A stretch of 64,000 nucleotides of DNA from the human T2T-CHM13v2.0 reference genome, Homo sapiens, in the NCBI RefSeq assembly GCF_009914755.1, contig NC_060926.1, one strand, 5' to 3'. The translations under genes and the position numbers were made by a program. The notes under the pieces were generated by a model. That model worked only from the letters and a program-made list of their open reading frames with translations. It was not told the origin of the DNA and did not search any database. Every line of letters starts with the position of its first letter. The stretch's first letter is position 1. Shown piece after piece: positions 26,656 to 39,349 of the stretch.

Positions 26656-28698
26656 AAAGTAGATTTAAAAATATTTGGAGCATAGCCATATTGTGTGAGA
26701 AAATGTTAACTTTTTTATTAGCCCAATTCAATAACAATTTAAATGTAAAATCAACCTATTTATGTAAGAGCAAATTTTAGGTTATGCATATATTACACTA
26801 AAATTATGCACTGTGGGTTCAGAGTGATATAGTCTTGTCTTCATTGAAAGCCAGATAAAGTTGGACATGTTAACATTTTTATTTCCTTTGTTCTATAATT
26901 ACACATTATCATGGCATCATATAGAGAATAACCAAATAATAGAAACTGTATTATTTGATGAAGATGCTATTGATAATATCCCATTAGTAATACATATGTG
27001 TTCAGTTTTTCCAACTCATCCGATGTTTGAAGTGTCAATGCCCCTGTTTTATCCATTTATTCTCAGGTATCAAAAGTCAGGGGATGAATGATTGACTATC
27101 TAGGTACAGAGAAAGTCTATACATGTGAACCTCATAAAAACCTTAGGAATTTTAGAATTTGGTTTGATTTGGATTATAGTCTGGGCCCTCACTTTATATA
27201 CAGAAATATCTGACCTCCTCTGTTTGGTGACCAGAAAATGTCTGGGAATTTTCTACTAAGCTGCTGAAGCTGTTATACATTTCAGAGAAAGTTTCAGCAA
27301 AGCATACTCCTCATGGCAATTGACAATCTTCTTATGGCCCAACATGGTGGACAAATCACATTAATAGCCACAGACTGATCTTCCCAGAGGAGTCATTCAA
27401 CAGGGCCCATCTGAAGCCATCCTACTTCTAATCTATTTTGAAAATCAAAGATCCTACCATTTCAGAATTTCTTAAGGTAATTGATCTACTTTATGTTTCC
27501 TGTGATATATAGCTTAATCTAGTTTGGAGGTGAAAGATGCAATTAAGAAGGCAAAGTGAAGAAGAGAATTTTGAGATGCAGCACTTTCAGTTTAAAGGGC
27601 TATTCGTGACCATAATTGATGCATCAACTAAAACTCTTTCTTTCACCTTTGCAGGGCCTCTATGTTGCTAATGGAGAGTGTTTGGATGCATTGTGGTTTC
27701 AGGGGTGATAGTCTTTACTGCCTTGAAAGCCAGATAAAGTTAGACATTAACAAAACAGTAACGCAAATTTAAACATGTTAAAGAAAACACAATAATATAG
27801 CTCTCTGGTTTTCTGATAATAGCAATTTTGCATTTTTTTCTGTTTTCTAGTAAGTATTTTCAGAAAAAACTTCTTCAGTGAGAGACACTGCTTTCATATG
27901 TATGTGTGTGTGTATGTTTAAATTAAACTACTTAACATTTTTAATTGTTAAAAAAGATCCTTTATATTGTTTTCTTCTTGTCAAAGTCAAAACAATTTAA
28001 TCTGTATATTTAAATAAAAAGTCAGAGCAATGGAAAAAAATTCAAGGCTATAAGGAAAACTGTATCTCTGGCTTCCCACATCCTCCTGTGATGTCTGAAA
28101 TTGTTCAACATTTCAACCAAGACTGCCTTGAACCATTATCTTCATATCCCTTGTTAGTGAACACACTACCTTCCAAGTCAGCCTAGCATATCCCATCTTT
28201 AGACATTTCAGAGTTTTGGAATGATTTTTTTCTATTAAACTGAAACATTTTCAATTTTAACTTGTATATGTTAGTCTTGGTATTGTTTTGGAGGAAAACA
28301 CAGAACAGATCTGAATACTTTTCCCCTTTCCTGAATACGATATTCCCCTTTCCAAATCTTTCAAATATTTGATGTTTGTAAGCATGAACCTTGTGAATCT
28401 CTTCCATAAGCCACATAAAATTTAAAACATTCTACAAAAGTTATGGTTTTTAATTTTCTCACTATGATCTCCTTCATATGTTCCAGGACATTCATACTAT
28501 ATTCTACTCCAGAAAAAATAAACTTTAAATAGCATTGTTGGGGGTGGAGCATAGGAAAGTTCATTATGCTCTTTATGTTTTTACAGAACATTAATGTACT
28601 CTCCCTTCCTCCCATTGGGATGGGAGAAGGGGATCGATGGACCCTTTCAGTTCTCTCATCATTCCTTTATTTGCTCTTTCTCAAAGAAGGATTAGTAC

Positions 28699-29906
28699 TG
28701 TCAAAGAGGAATTGCACCAAAGTAGTGCAATAGGGGTCAATATTATTGCAACAGAAGAAAGAAATTTAACTTAACTTCAAAGAACCAAAAGGCAGAAAAC
28801 GTTTTAGGCACCGTAGTGACCCTAGTAGAAGAGTACTTTAGGAAGGTAAGGAGGGAAGTTGGTTGATGTGTTTATGCCTTCTATATTTGCTAACTAGAAT
28901 TTGTCAAAATTAGGTTCTATCTACCTGCCAACAGAAAATGTGAGATAAGGGCTCTAGCCTTCTGAATAACTACATTTCTTTTATATATTATATATATATA
29001 TTATTTATATATAATATATATTCTATATGTAATATATATTATATATAATATATTCTATATATTCTATGTATTATATATTATATATTATATATGTTATACT
29101 TTGAGTTCTAGGGTACATGTGCACAAAGTGCAGGTTTGTTACATATGTATACATGTGCCATGTTGGTGAGCTGCACCCATTAACTCATCATTTACATTAG
29201 GTATATCTCCTAATGCTATTCCTCCCCCCTCCCCCCACCACACGACAGGCCCCAGTGTGTGATGTTCCCCTTCCTGTGTCCAAGTGTTCTCATTGTTCAA
29301 TTCCCACCTATGAGTGAGAACATGCGGTGTTTGGTTTTTAGTCCTTGTGAAAGTTTGCCGAGAATGATGGTTTCCAGCTTCATCCATGTCCCTACAAAGG
29401 ACATGAACTCATCATTTTTTATGGCTGCATAGTATTCCATGGTGTATATGTGCCACATTTTCTTAATCCAGTCTATCATTGTTGGACATTTGGGTTGGTT
29501 CCACTGTTGGTGGGACTGTAAACTAGTTCAACCATTGTGGAAGACAGTGTGGCGATTCCTCAGGGATCTAGAACTAGAAATGCCATTTGACCCAGCAATC
29601 CCATTACTGGGTATATACCCAACGGATTATAAATCATGCTGCTATAAAGACATACGCACATGTATATTTATTGCAGCAATATTCTGAATAACTACATTTC
29701 AAAGGAATAGCTCCCAGATCCATGAGAATGATGAGCCTGGAATGTAAAACTGGCAGAAGGCTGAAAGAAGACTTTCATATCAAAGCTGCAGAGAAATAAT
29801 TTATAATTGCCAGTTTTCTAAAATAAATACGTAGGTGCCTATAGTCAGGAAGGAACCCATCTGAAATTTAGTCAAGCTGTGGGGGAACATTAGACTGGCT
29901 TGGTCA
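28699..29906 (-). mobile_element. MER67/MER31-like ERV1 solo LTR, split by an L1 insertion
   Basis: The minus strand starts TGACCAAG...CCCCCACAGCTTGACTAAATTTCAGA...TTCCTGACTATAGG; both halves rejoin at the L1 TSD. Confidence 0.55.
28979..29681 (-). mobile_element. 5'-truncated, 5'-inverted (twin-primed) L1PA3-like insertion
   Basis: Minus-strand 3'UTR and ORF2 end at 29096-29503, plus-strand ORF2 segment at ~29502-29683, and a 19-bp TSD ttctgaataactacatttc at 28960-28978 and 29682-29700. Confidence 0.92.
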
Positions 29907-31549
29907 ATATCTACTTTTGATTGTTAAAAAAGTGGCTTTCATTGGATATGTTGAATGGAGCAAAGAAGGCACTGCAATTTCCCTGATGCCAAAAATGCTT
30001 CTTTTACATCAAGCACTTCGTATTTGAGAAGCTGGCTAAATGTGCAGCAATAATGCTCTAAAAGTTCATATTTCTTTCAGATGAGTAAAAATATCTTGAC
30101 TTTGCAGAAGTATAAGGAAGCCCATCTTGGACTTAAAGTAAAATCTTTGTTTTGCAATGTACCTTGCTCAAGATCCCTGTATTTTGTCAGTTACTGGGCT
30201 GAACCTAAAAAACAGGCAACACCTTGATCTTCTTTCTCCTATGATTATTCTATGGATACATTCTTTCTTAGAACACAGAGTGGTTGAGAAATAACAATTG
30301 TGAACCTAATGTCCATCAAATGTAACACAGGGAGCAGAATCTCCAGGAATTAAATATCTAAAGAGTAACCTGAAACAGATGAGGGACTTGAAATTGCCAT
30401 TAACTTGAAAGGAACTGCTGGTAAGAGAAAAGATGCCCCTCAAGAACGCTGGACACTTAACAGAGTGGGGGTATAATGCAAAAAATCTCATGAAATCTGG
30501 TATAGCAAACACTATAAATGGGCTAAAACTAAGGAAAAAAAAACAGAAAAAAAGAAGAGAAAAACATATGCCTAAAATATGAGTCAAAAGTCTAGACAGA
30601 TCCATGTTAAGCTAGTATCATGTTGAAAAAGAGCCTTAATCTATGAAAAGCAACTTGTTTTAGAGATGAATAAAATGTCCATATAGTTTAATCCCGTATG
30701 TGAGCTAGCTGTTCAAAAGTCTCAGTAGATACAACACACGCAGCAGGAGCTTCAATGAATATTGACTGGCGTTTGCATTTCTCTAGTACACTTAAGGAAA
30801 GAAAATCAAAGGTCTGTAGTCAATATGAGAAAAGCAAAGGAAATAGGAAGAGATGCCTTTGGGAACTTTGATGAATTATTTCCTTTACTTTGAATTCATT
30901 AAATCACTAGGGTGGGTAGTGACCTTTTACTAAAGTGCCTGCTACTTATGTGAGGAAGTTCAAAATCAGCATAATGCCTGAGCTTTGGTAGAAAATGTTC
31001 TGATCAAAACAAAATAAGACAAAAAAGTGGAAAAGTAAGTAAAGTGAAGATTAGTATTGGAGATGCGCATCATAAATCAGTTTAAAATAAGTTTAAATTA
31101 TTCAAGCAGCAGAACACAATTTTCAATTGAAAATCTTTTGCTGTAACTAACTGAGGTACCACTGTGCCTCTAATATAAGATTTTAAGCAGATTTGTATTT
31201 CTTTGGTGACTATTTTCCAGTTCCTTTGCATATACATAATACATTTGAATGAATATTTGAATAATGGATGTTTGTCTGGAGTAACTTACCTGTCAAAGCC
31301 ATGACATTGGAAATGGAAATTATTTATTATGGAAATCAAGTATTTGATTGATTGCTATAATACCATTTAATGGAAATTACACCAAATTTTGAGTCATACA
31401 ATTCAAGTGTAAGCTGCAGGTCCTTCATCTTTTGCTTGGGGAAGGGTGGGATAGAAACATCTATTATATTTTCCCCCTAGGGTTTATATAATGCAGCAAA
31501 TAAAATTCATCTCTGTATGTACATTTTGTAAAAACTGTATATTGTTTTT

Positions 31550-32480
31550 CAAATATTAATTGATCATCTACTATTTGCAACTTTCAGTACTTAGAAATTG
31601 TAATAAAATATTAAGATATAGTTCCTCTTCTTAAGAAATTTAAATTTAATGCTGGTAACTTTTAAGCAAAATTACAATTACAATGTGATTTGTAATATGA
31701 TGGAGCCCCAGAAAGAAACAACTGAATGAAATGTTAAGGGTCTAGAAAGATTGCGATGAGTGATATTTTCATTTAGGGGCAACATATATTAATATATTAG
31801 CTAGATGAGAAGTGAGAAGATTCTGTAAGGAAGGATATTATAAGAGAGACGGAAGCCAGAATTGAATTGAAAAGGGAAAACAAAAGGAGGGTTTCCATGT
31901 CAGCTGAGGAATTTGCATTTGATTCTGAATGGTATGACATTAAAATATTTTAAAAGAGGTGTGGTATACCTAAGTTTACATTTTTGAAAGTTTGTTCTGG
32001 CTGTATTACAGGGAACATTGGATCGTCCTCAGCAAAGATGCATGGCAAGGAGGCTCATGGAAATCATTGCATTAATTTAGTAAAAAGATGTTGCTAAATT
32101 AGTGCCACAGAAAATGCAGACAGGGAAATTTGAGAATGAGCAAAGCTAGGGAATTGACAGGATTTTGAGGCCACTCAAATGTGAATGAGAGAATAAAAAA
32201 GGAGATGTCAGTGTTGCTTTCTTCAAGACTGGGGATAATTGAGAACATACACAATTTAAGGGATGGAGAAGGAGATCCATTCAGTTAAAATGTCTGTGGA
32301 ATATTCAGGTAGAAATTTGCAGTCGGTGGTGAACCACATGCAAAGGAGAATGACCTGGGGCAGACATACAGTAATGAAATCTTCGGGGAGAACTAAATCA
32401 TAGAGGAAGAGGGAGGAGACTGAAAAGACTTATAAGCAAACTACTGGGAACAAAAATATTTGGAATGAGGCTGTGGAAGT
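31550..32480 (-). mobile_element. L2 fragment
   Basis: Purine-rich degenerate antisense L2 ('attaattgatcatctacta', 'tttacatttttgaaag...tctggctg', 'ttgacaggatttt'). Confidence 0.55.
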
Positions 32481-33729
32481 GGTGAAGTTTTCAAATATCT
32501 ACCGTCAGTAATGAGAATGAGCATGGACTAGGAACAAGTAGATGATGCACTAATCACTTTTGAGACCCCATTTGTCACTGGCATCCATTCTGTAAGATTT
32601 TGTGTCCTATTTGTGTGTTATCTTCAAGACAGTGCCCTGAGCTAGAAAAGGCAGTGTTATTGTACCCTGTACTTTAGATCTGCATTATAGCAACAAAAGA
32701 TCAAGCAGATAGTGGGTTGAGAATCTGGACAAAAAGGTTGTTGATGTGGTGACCATGAACTTTTGCTGGGATGGAAAGGAGGTAGTGACAGAATTGGGCA
32801 GCTGGGCTGGGACAGGGTGGCACATCAGCATCCTGGAGGTCTGGATTGGTTCAAAGAAATATGTAGAGTAGAAAAATATATGCATTGCTGAGATACTTGT
32901 ACATTGTCATAAAAGTTATGAACAAAGGTGAAACAGAGAAGCTAAGGATTGTGAAGACATATTCAGATTGGCATTTCCCCTCTATAATCCATGAAATACT
33001 AGTTAAGTGGCCTGTAATGCACTGTTATTAAGAAAGTTTGACAGATGTAGCCTAAATAATGTTAACTTTATTTTAAGCAACTTCTTTTACAGGTACTATT
33101 TGATCTTTTAGCATGGATTTCCAAAACTATTTAACCATTATATCCATTTTGTCTGAATATGTGAGTGATAATGGCCCATGGAGCTCATTTGGAGAAATAC
33201 TGAAGTAGATCATGTAGGTCAGGTACCAGTGTGATGTCTGGCATAATTTATGCTCAATAATTGCTCCATTTAAAATAAGTCATGCATTTTGATAGGAACT
33301 CCTCTGCATAATCTTTTGACCTCATCATATAGGCAATACTAGACAACTGGCTGTGCTTTAGAACTCGCCGTGTTTTTATTTTCTCAGCTGTCACAGAACC
33401 TAAAACAGTGGCTTTCACTGAAATTCAGCTCTAGTGGATGAAGCTAAAGTATAGAGCAGAACTGTGCATTAGATGCAGCCTTGATACTTAGGAGCAGAAG
33501 GAAATAACCCATATTAGGTTTTTGAAGCTGTTAAGAGTTAAACCATAAAGGATGTCAGGTTAATATTTACATGTGTAAATCAAGATAGTGTAAAGGACTG
33601 GGTTAGCTGACACTCCTAGGAAGTTTTCAACAGCACTTACTGAGTTTATCTAAAGGTGATGTTTAATATACTCTAGAGTGGCACTGAGGTAGGTGACAGT
33701 TGCCTGTGTCTCATCTAGCCTATCTCTAT

Positions 33730-34520
33730 CAACCTTCAATCACCAAAAAAAAAAAAAAAAGAAATCACGCAAACCTTCCGCATTTTACCTTCTAAATATC
33801 CCTCCAGTTGGTTTCCGTTTCTACCACTGACAAAGCAGTGTTAACTACAGACATACTCCAGGAATTCTTTAATGATCTCTTTGATAGTCTCATTTCTAAA
33901 GAGCAATTCCTCTTCTCAGTATTTTCTCTCTACGACAGAGATACTTAAAAATGCATATCTTATTATTTAAACACTTTCCACGGCTTCACTCTGTTCTTAG
34001 GCCTAAGACCCACATTATTAACATGTTTTATGTAGGCATGACTAGCCAATTATACTGGGACTTCTAATTTCACCCTCCATGTTGCCCTCCCAACAGGACT
34101 AATTAGGACTACATTAAGCCTCTTGAATGCACTGGGCCCCTCATTCCTCATGACTCCTTCACATGTTGTTGCCTCTTCTAGTTAAGATCTTTCTCATCTC
34201 CTCTCATTCAATGAACTCCTACATATCCTTTAGATTTTTGCAGAAATTTTACTTCATCAAGAAAGTGTTCTCTAATTTTCTTATATTATATTAGGTCCTT
34301 GTGTTATAGGACCCCATACCATGTCATAATTACCATTTATAGCTCTTATTGCTATATACCACAAATATTTTATTTTCTTCCTCTCCCGTACCATTGAAAT
34401 TATTTGGGGACAGAAGCCATGTCTATTTTGAACATTCTTACATCTCTAATAACAAAAAAGTTGTATGCCATGTAGTAGGTTCTCAGTAAGTTATTGTGTA
34501 GTACCTGATGAATACATGAA
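33730..34520 (+). mobile_element. L2 3' fragment
   Basis: 'cattttaccttctaaatatc', 'acactttccacggctt' and the 3' end 'tgtagtaggttctcagtaa'. Confidence 0.55.
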
Positions 34521-34993
34521 TATTATCAATAATGAAACAAGTAAGTCAAACAATGGAACTGATTATAGTGTCACGGAGACTGCAATATTCTGTCATATAT
34601 TCTCTCTCTTCAGTTTATTACCACTACATACTGAAGAGGGTAGGAGGAAAGTGTCTTGTCAGCCTAAGTAGGAGAATGAGTGCAAGAAAAGGATTTTGGG
34701 GAAGACGATCCTTGACATAAGGAAAATAAAATATAAATTTAGTCAATTAATTTTTGTTACTGGTTTTTAGTACTCTTCAAGCAGTTCTTTTCTGTGGATG
34801 AATCAAATTCATTTAAAGTGATGGGGAAGGTTTTACCATAGTTACTTAGTAATAGGTCAACACTGTTTTGTTCACCGGATTAGTTAACCAAGCCATTTGA
34901 AAATACAGTAAAGAGAGAACATTTGCTGATGTGTTAATATTGTTGAGAATCAACTTTCCTACAGCACTGTGCAAAGTAGTGGATAGCGTGGGG

Positions 34994-35019
34994 TGTGTGT
35001 GTGTGTGTGTGTGTGTGTG
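34994..35019. repeat. (TG)n microsatellite
   Basis: Seen directly. Confidence 0.95.
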
Positions 35020-35349
35020 CATGTTGTACTGAAATGTGAGGGAGAATTCTTTAAAGGGATATGATACTTACAATTAATTTTTAGAAAGTAAGTTTGTTTA
35101 ATCATGGCTTTCAAAAATAGAAGAATATGCACTCCATTCTTGAATCTGTCATGGAGCTTCCATGTTTGAGTGGCTGAAAAATAAACTTTCTCAATTCTCT
35201 TCATAGAAGGAACCAGACATATATGATTTCTATGTCACGTTTTCCTTTTAAATAATTAAATATAAATGGACATTCAGATTGCATTGGAAAATTGGCTACT
35301 TTCTCTAATCATGTCTCCTTCCTGAAAAGTAATTAGAACCTTTATTAAC

Positions 35350-35500
35350 TGTAATTTTATTAAATCCTCACAATAGTTTAATGAGTTGGGATCCCTATTA
35401 CTCCCATCTTACACATGAAGAAATTGAGACTTACAGATGTTATATATCTTATTTAAGGGTACATAGCTAGTAAGTAAGGAGCTAAAGATGGAACATGGAA
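35350..35500 (-). mobile_element. MIR
   Basis: 'aatcctcacaatag...ctattactcccatcttacacatgaagaaattgagac...acatagctagtaagt'. Confidence 0.75.
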
Positions 35501-35569
35501 AACTTTATTTCAGGTATTCTCTCCTGAAGAATGTGAGAACTGAAGTTCAGACGTTTACCAAAACATTCA

Positions 35570-36180
35570 TATTTTCAGCAAACATGTATTGACTGCTTTG
35601 TGCCCAGTACTGTGTTAACTAAGCAGCAAGAATGAGAACTGCTTCCTCCAAGGAGCTCATAGTCTAGGAGAAAAAACAGACAACTAATAAGAGGATAATA
35701 AGTAGTAGATGCTATTAAATGCATGATGCCCTGAGGGCACATGATCCAAATAAGTGATCTGAATGATGTTTTATCAGAGAATTTAGTAAAGAAATGCAAG
35801 AAGGAAGTGTTTAAGTTAGAAGGAAATACGGATCTTACAAGGCAAAGGAAGCAAAAAAAGAAAAAACAAACCATGAGAAGCAATATGGTAGAGTGTCTTG
35901 TGTAATGAGAGAAGTTCATTTAGGCTAAAACAAAAGTTACAATTTAGGAAGTAAGGAGTGAGAAAGGTAGAATGTAAGACAAATGCCAAAACTGAAAATG
36001 TCTTACAGTATATGCAAATCATGTGGGGCTTTTCTCTGAAGATAATGGCAATTTTAATGTATTTTATTTTTTAATTTTAAACCACCAATTTTATACAAAT
36101 ACTTTTTTAAAAAAATTTAGGAGATCTTTTTCTATGCCTTCAGTGTGAATAGTGTAATGAGGGAATATTAGCGTCAGTTT
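35570..36180 (-). mobile_element. L2 3' fragment
   Basis: 'ttcagcaaacatgtattga...tgtgcccagtactgtg...caaggagctcatagtctag'. Confidence 0.6.
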
Positions 36181-36384
36181 TTGTGAGAAATTATTGAGAT
36201 TTTTGCTAAGGGCCATGACAATGTGGAAAACATGTCAGTTTGGGGAGCAAATAAAAAACTCATAGTCAACTGGATTAGAAGGCAATAAGTGAGGGCTATC
36301 CTGGGGGCAAAAATGCTATGTCGGTAACTAGCTACTATTTATTAACATATTCAAATGGACATACATGTTTTAGAATATTTTTAT

Positions 36385-36689
36385 CTTTTTTGTTGTTGTT
36401 GCTGAGACAGAGTTTTGCTCTTGTAGCCTAGGCTGGAGTGCAATGGCGTGATCTCGGCTCACTGCAACCTCTGCCTCCCAGGTTAAAGCAATTCTCCTTC
36501 CTCAGCCTCCTGAGTAGCTGAGATTACAGGCGCCCATCACCACGCCTGGCTAATTTTTTTTTGTATTTTTAATACAGACGAGGTTTCACCATGTTGGCCA
36601 GGCTGGTCTCAAACTCCTGACCTCAGGTGATCACCCGCTTCAGCCTCCCAAACTGCTGGGATTACAGCCATGAGCCACGCTGCCTGACA
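36385..36689 (-). mobile_element. AluSq-like
   Basis: Full antisense dimer with (TTG)n tail and imperfect TSD aga(a/g)tattttta. Confidence 0.92.
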
Positions 36690-38183
36690 AGAGTATTTTT
36701 AAATAATAGTTGGGAATTGTTCTTAGCGAAGTTATTTATCTAATTAAGCAGATATCACCATTCCATGATCTTGTCAACCATTTGAAAGTGGAAGTTAGTT
36801 TTGGTGTTAATGGTTTGCCCACCTCCCAACCACCTTGCAGTGTCTCCTCAGGAGGTTTCTGTCCACAAAATAATTTTACTTTTATTTTTGCAATATTTAG
36901 ATAAATCTTTGCACAAAGTATCTCCAGATTGATGCTGATATACTAAGATCCATAAATATTCACCAGTTCTAACCCAAGTATCCTTTTCCGGATACATGCG
37001 AAATCATTGGATGATGTCTGTTTTGCCACCTCCATGTTTCATCAATATCTTACTATCTCCACAATGACCAGAAGAGAAATGCAATTACCCTGTCAGCCAT
37101 GGCTTGATTTCTGATTTCCACAGAGCTCAAGTTTTACTAAAGAAGACTTCATTATTTTGTTAGGAATAATAGCACAGAAGGAGTTCCAGCTTCCTCCTGG
37201 AGCTGCAAACTGCAGCAAGTTGGAGTGAATTTATTTCTGAGGTTTGACAATTCTTCAATGTTAATATATTTTCAGTCTAATTTTGTTATACATTAGCACA
37301 TGCTCAGAATGTCAACCACCCCCTTATTGCAGATCACAGATTTAGGTTAAGTTTGTATTGCCAAGTGTTTGCTAAAGAGTAAGTGCCTTATGCCTTGCCA
37401 AATTTATCGATTTGAGTTTTGTTTGATTTAGCTCAACATTAGAGAAAGTGAGTGCTTAAGGTAACATTGTATATGATTCAGAATAAAATCACAGCAAGTT
37501 CCATTAAGTGACTTTTCCCAGACTATATATCATGTATAAAATTGACAATGCAAGTCATTTGTATATTTGGGGTCATTCTACTAATTTTCTTTGCATTGAT
37601 AAGTGATGTATGAGTTTCAATATGTGGTGGATAATATATTGCAATTTCAAAAATAGAAGCTTCTGTCGGAAATAAGTAAAATTATTTCCAAATACTTGCA
37701 GCCCCCTGCTTTATGAAGTGACAGTTTCCAAATACGGGGATTATTTTCCAAATCTGAGAAAAGGGAATATATTTTAACTAGACCAAATGCTACTTAATCC
37801 TTATGTAATGTGAGAGCACTGTCTATAACAGACTTTGTGTTTTAAGACCTCATTGACAGAGAGAAGAGAGTGGTGGATTGTTCTGATGACAATGAGGATT
37901 TAATAATAAGTGTCTAATTGCAATTTAAACCCTTTTGATAGACTACCTCTTTTCATCTGTGTATGCATATATCTGTGTGTGTACATGTGTGTATGTATGT
38001 ATAAATGCAAAATGGAGCATAATGTTATGTTCAAATGTTCAAAGGGCCTAATTATTCCAAAATAATTCTATAAATCAGGCTCTATATAAATGCTAGAAGA
38101 AATATGTTTTCAAAGGCAGTTTCTGCATTACTAAAGCATGAAAACATTATTGTAAGAATCACAATTAAATAGCACCCAACTCA

Positions 38184-38525
<342 letters not shown>

Positions 38526-38804
38526 TTAGGGTTTCTTTTTTAAGTAAATGTCAAAATTATACTCTTACAGATTAATTTTCCAAGTGTATCACATCAAATT
38601 TTAATTTGTTAAATTAATTTAACAAATTAACAAATTGTTAATTTAAATCTGTAAATTATTAATTTAAAAGTTGTTGGATTAATCACTAATATTTCCTTAT
38701 TGGATTACATAGAATAAGAAAAATCAATTATTTCTGATATGCTGAATTTTTGCTAGCCAAAGATATTGAATATTTGAGACTCAAGGCAAAATAAGCCATA
38801 TCTT

Positions 38805-39104
38805 CTTCTTTTTTTTTTTTTTTTTAGATGAAGTCTTGCTCTTGTTCCCAGGCTGGAGAGCCTGGCATGATCTTGGCTCACTGCAACCTCCGCCTCCCAG
38901 GTTCAAGGATTCTCCTGTCTCAGCCTCCCGAGTAGCTGCGATTACAGGCACCTGCCACCATGCCCAGCTAATTTTTGTATTTTTAGTAGAGATGGGGTTT
39001 CACCATGTTGGCCAGGCTGGTCTCGAACTCCTGACCTCAGGTTATCCACCCGCCTCAGCCTCCCAAAATGCTGGGATTACAGGCGTAAGCCACCGTGCCC
39101 GGCC
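38805..39104 (-). mobile_element. AluSq/Sx
   Basis: Poly(T) followed by a full antisense dimer ending 'caccgtgcccggcc'. Confidence 0.93.
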
Positions 39105-39349
39105 CTGTTTCTCCATGTGTGTGCATGTATTAAGACTAAAAATGCAAAGGTAATGAAATGGTAAAAATAAAATAAAATAAATTTAAGATAGCATTTTCAT
39201 CTGAATGGAAACAGGGAAATGTAGAGAGTGGCATATTGTTAGAAGCACATTTATTTGTAATGAACTAATTTGTGGGTTCATTGGTTGTTTCACCAAATTT
39301 CATTATACTATTCAATAAATACCTATATAAAAAATCACAAAGCTTTCTC

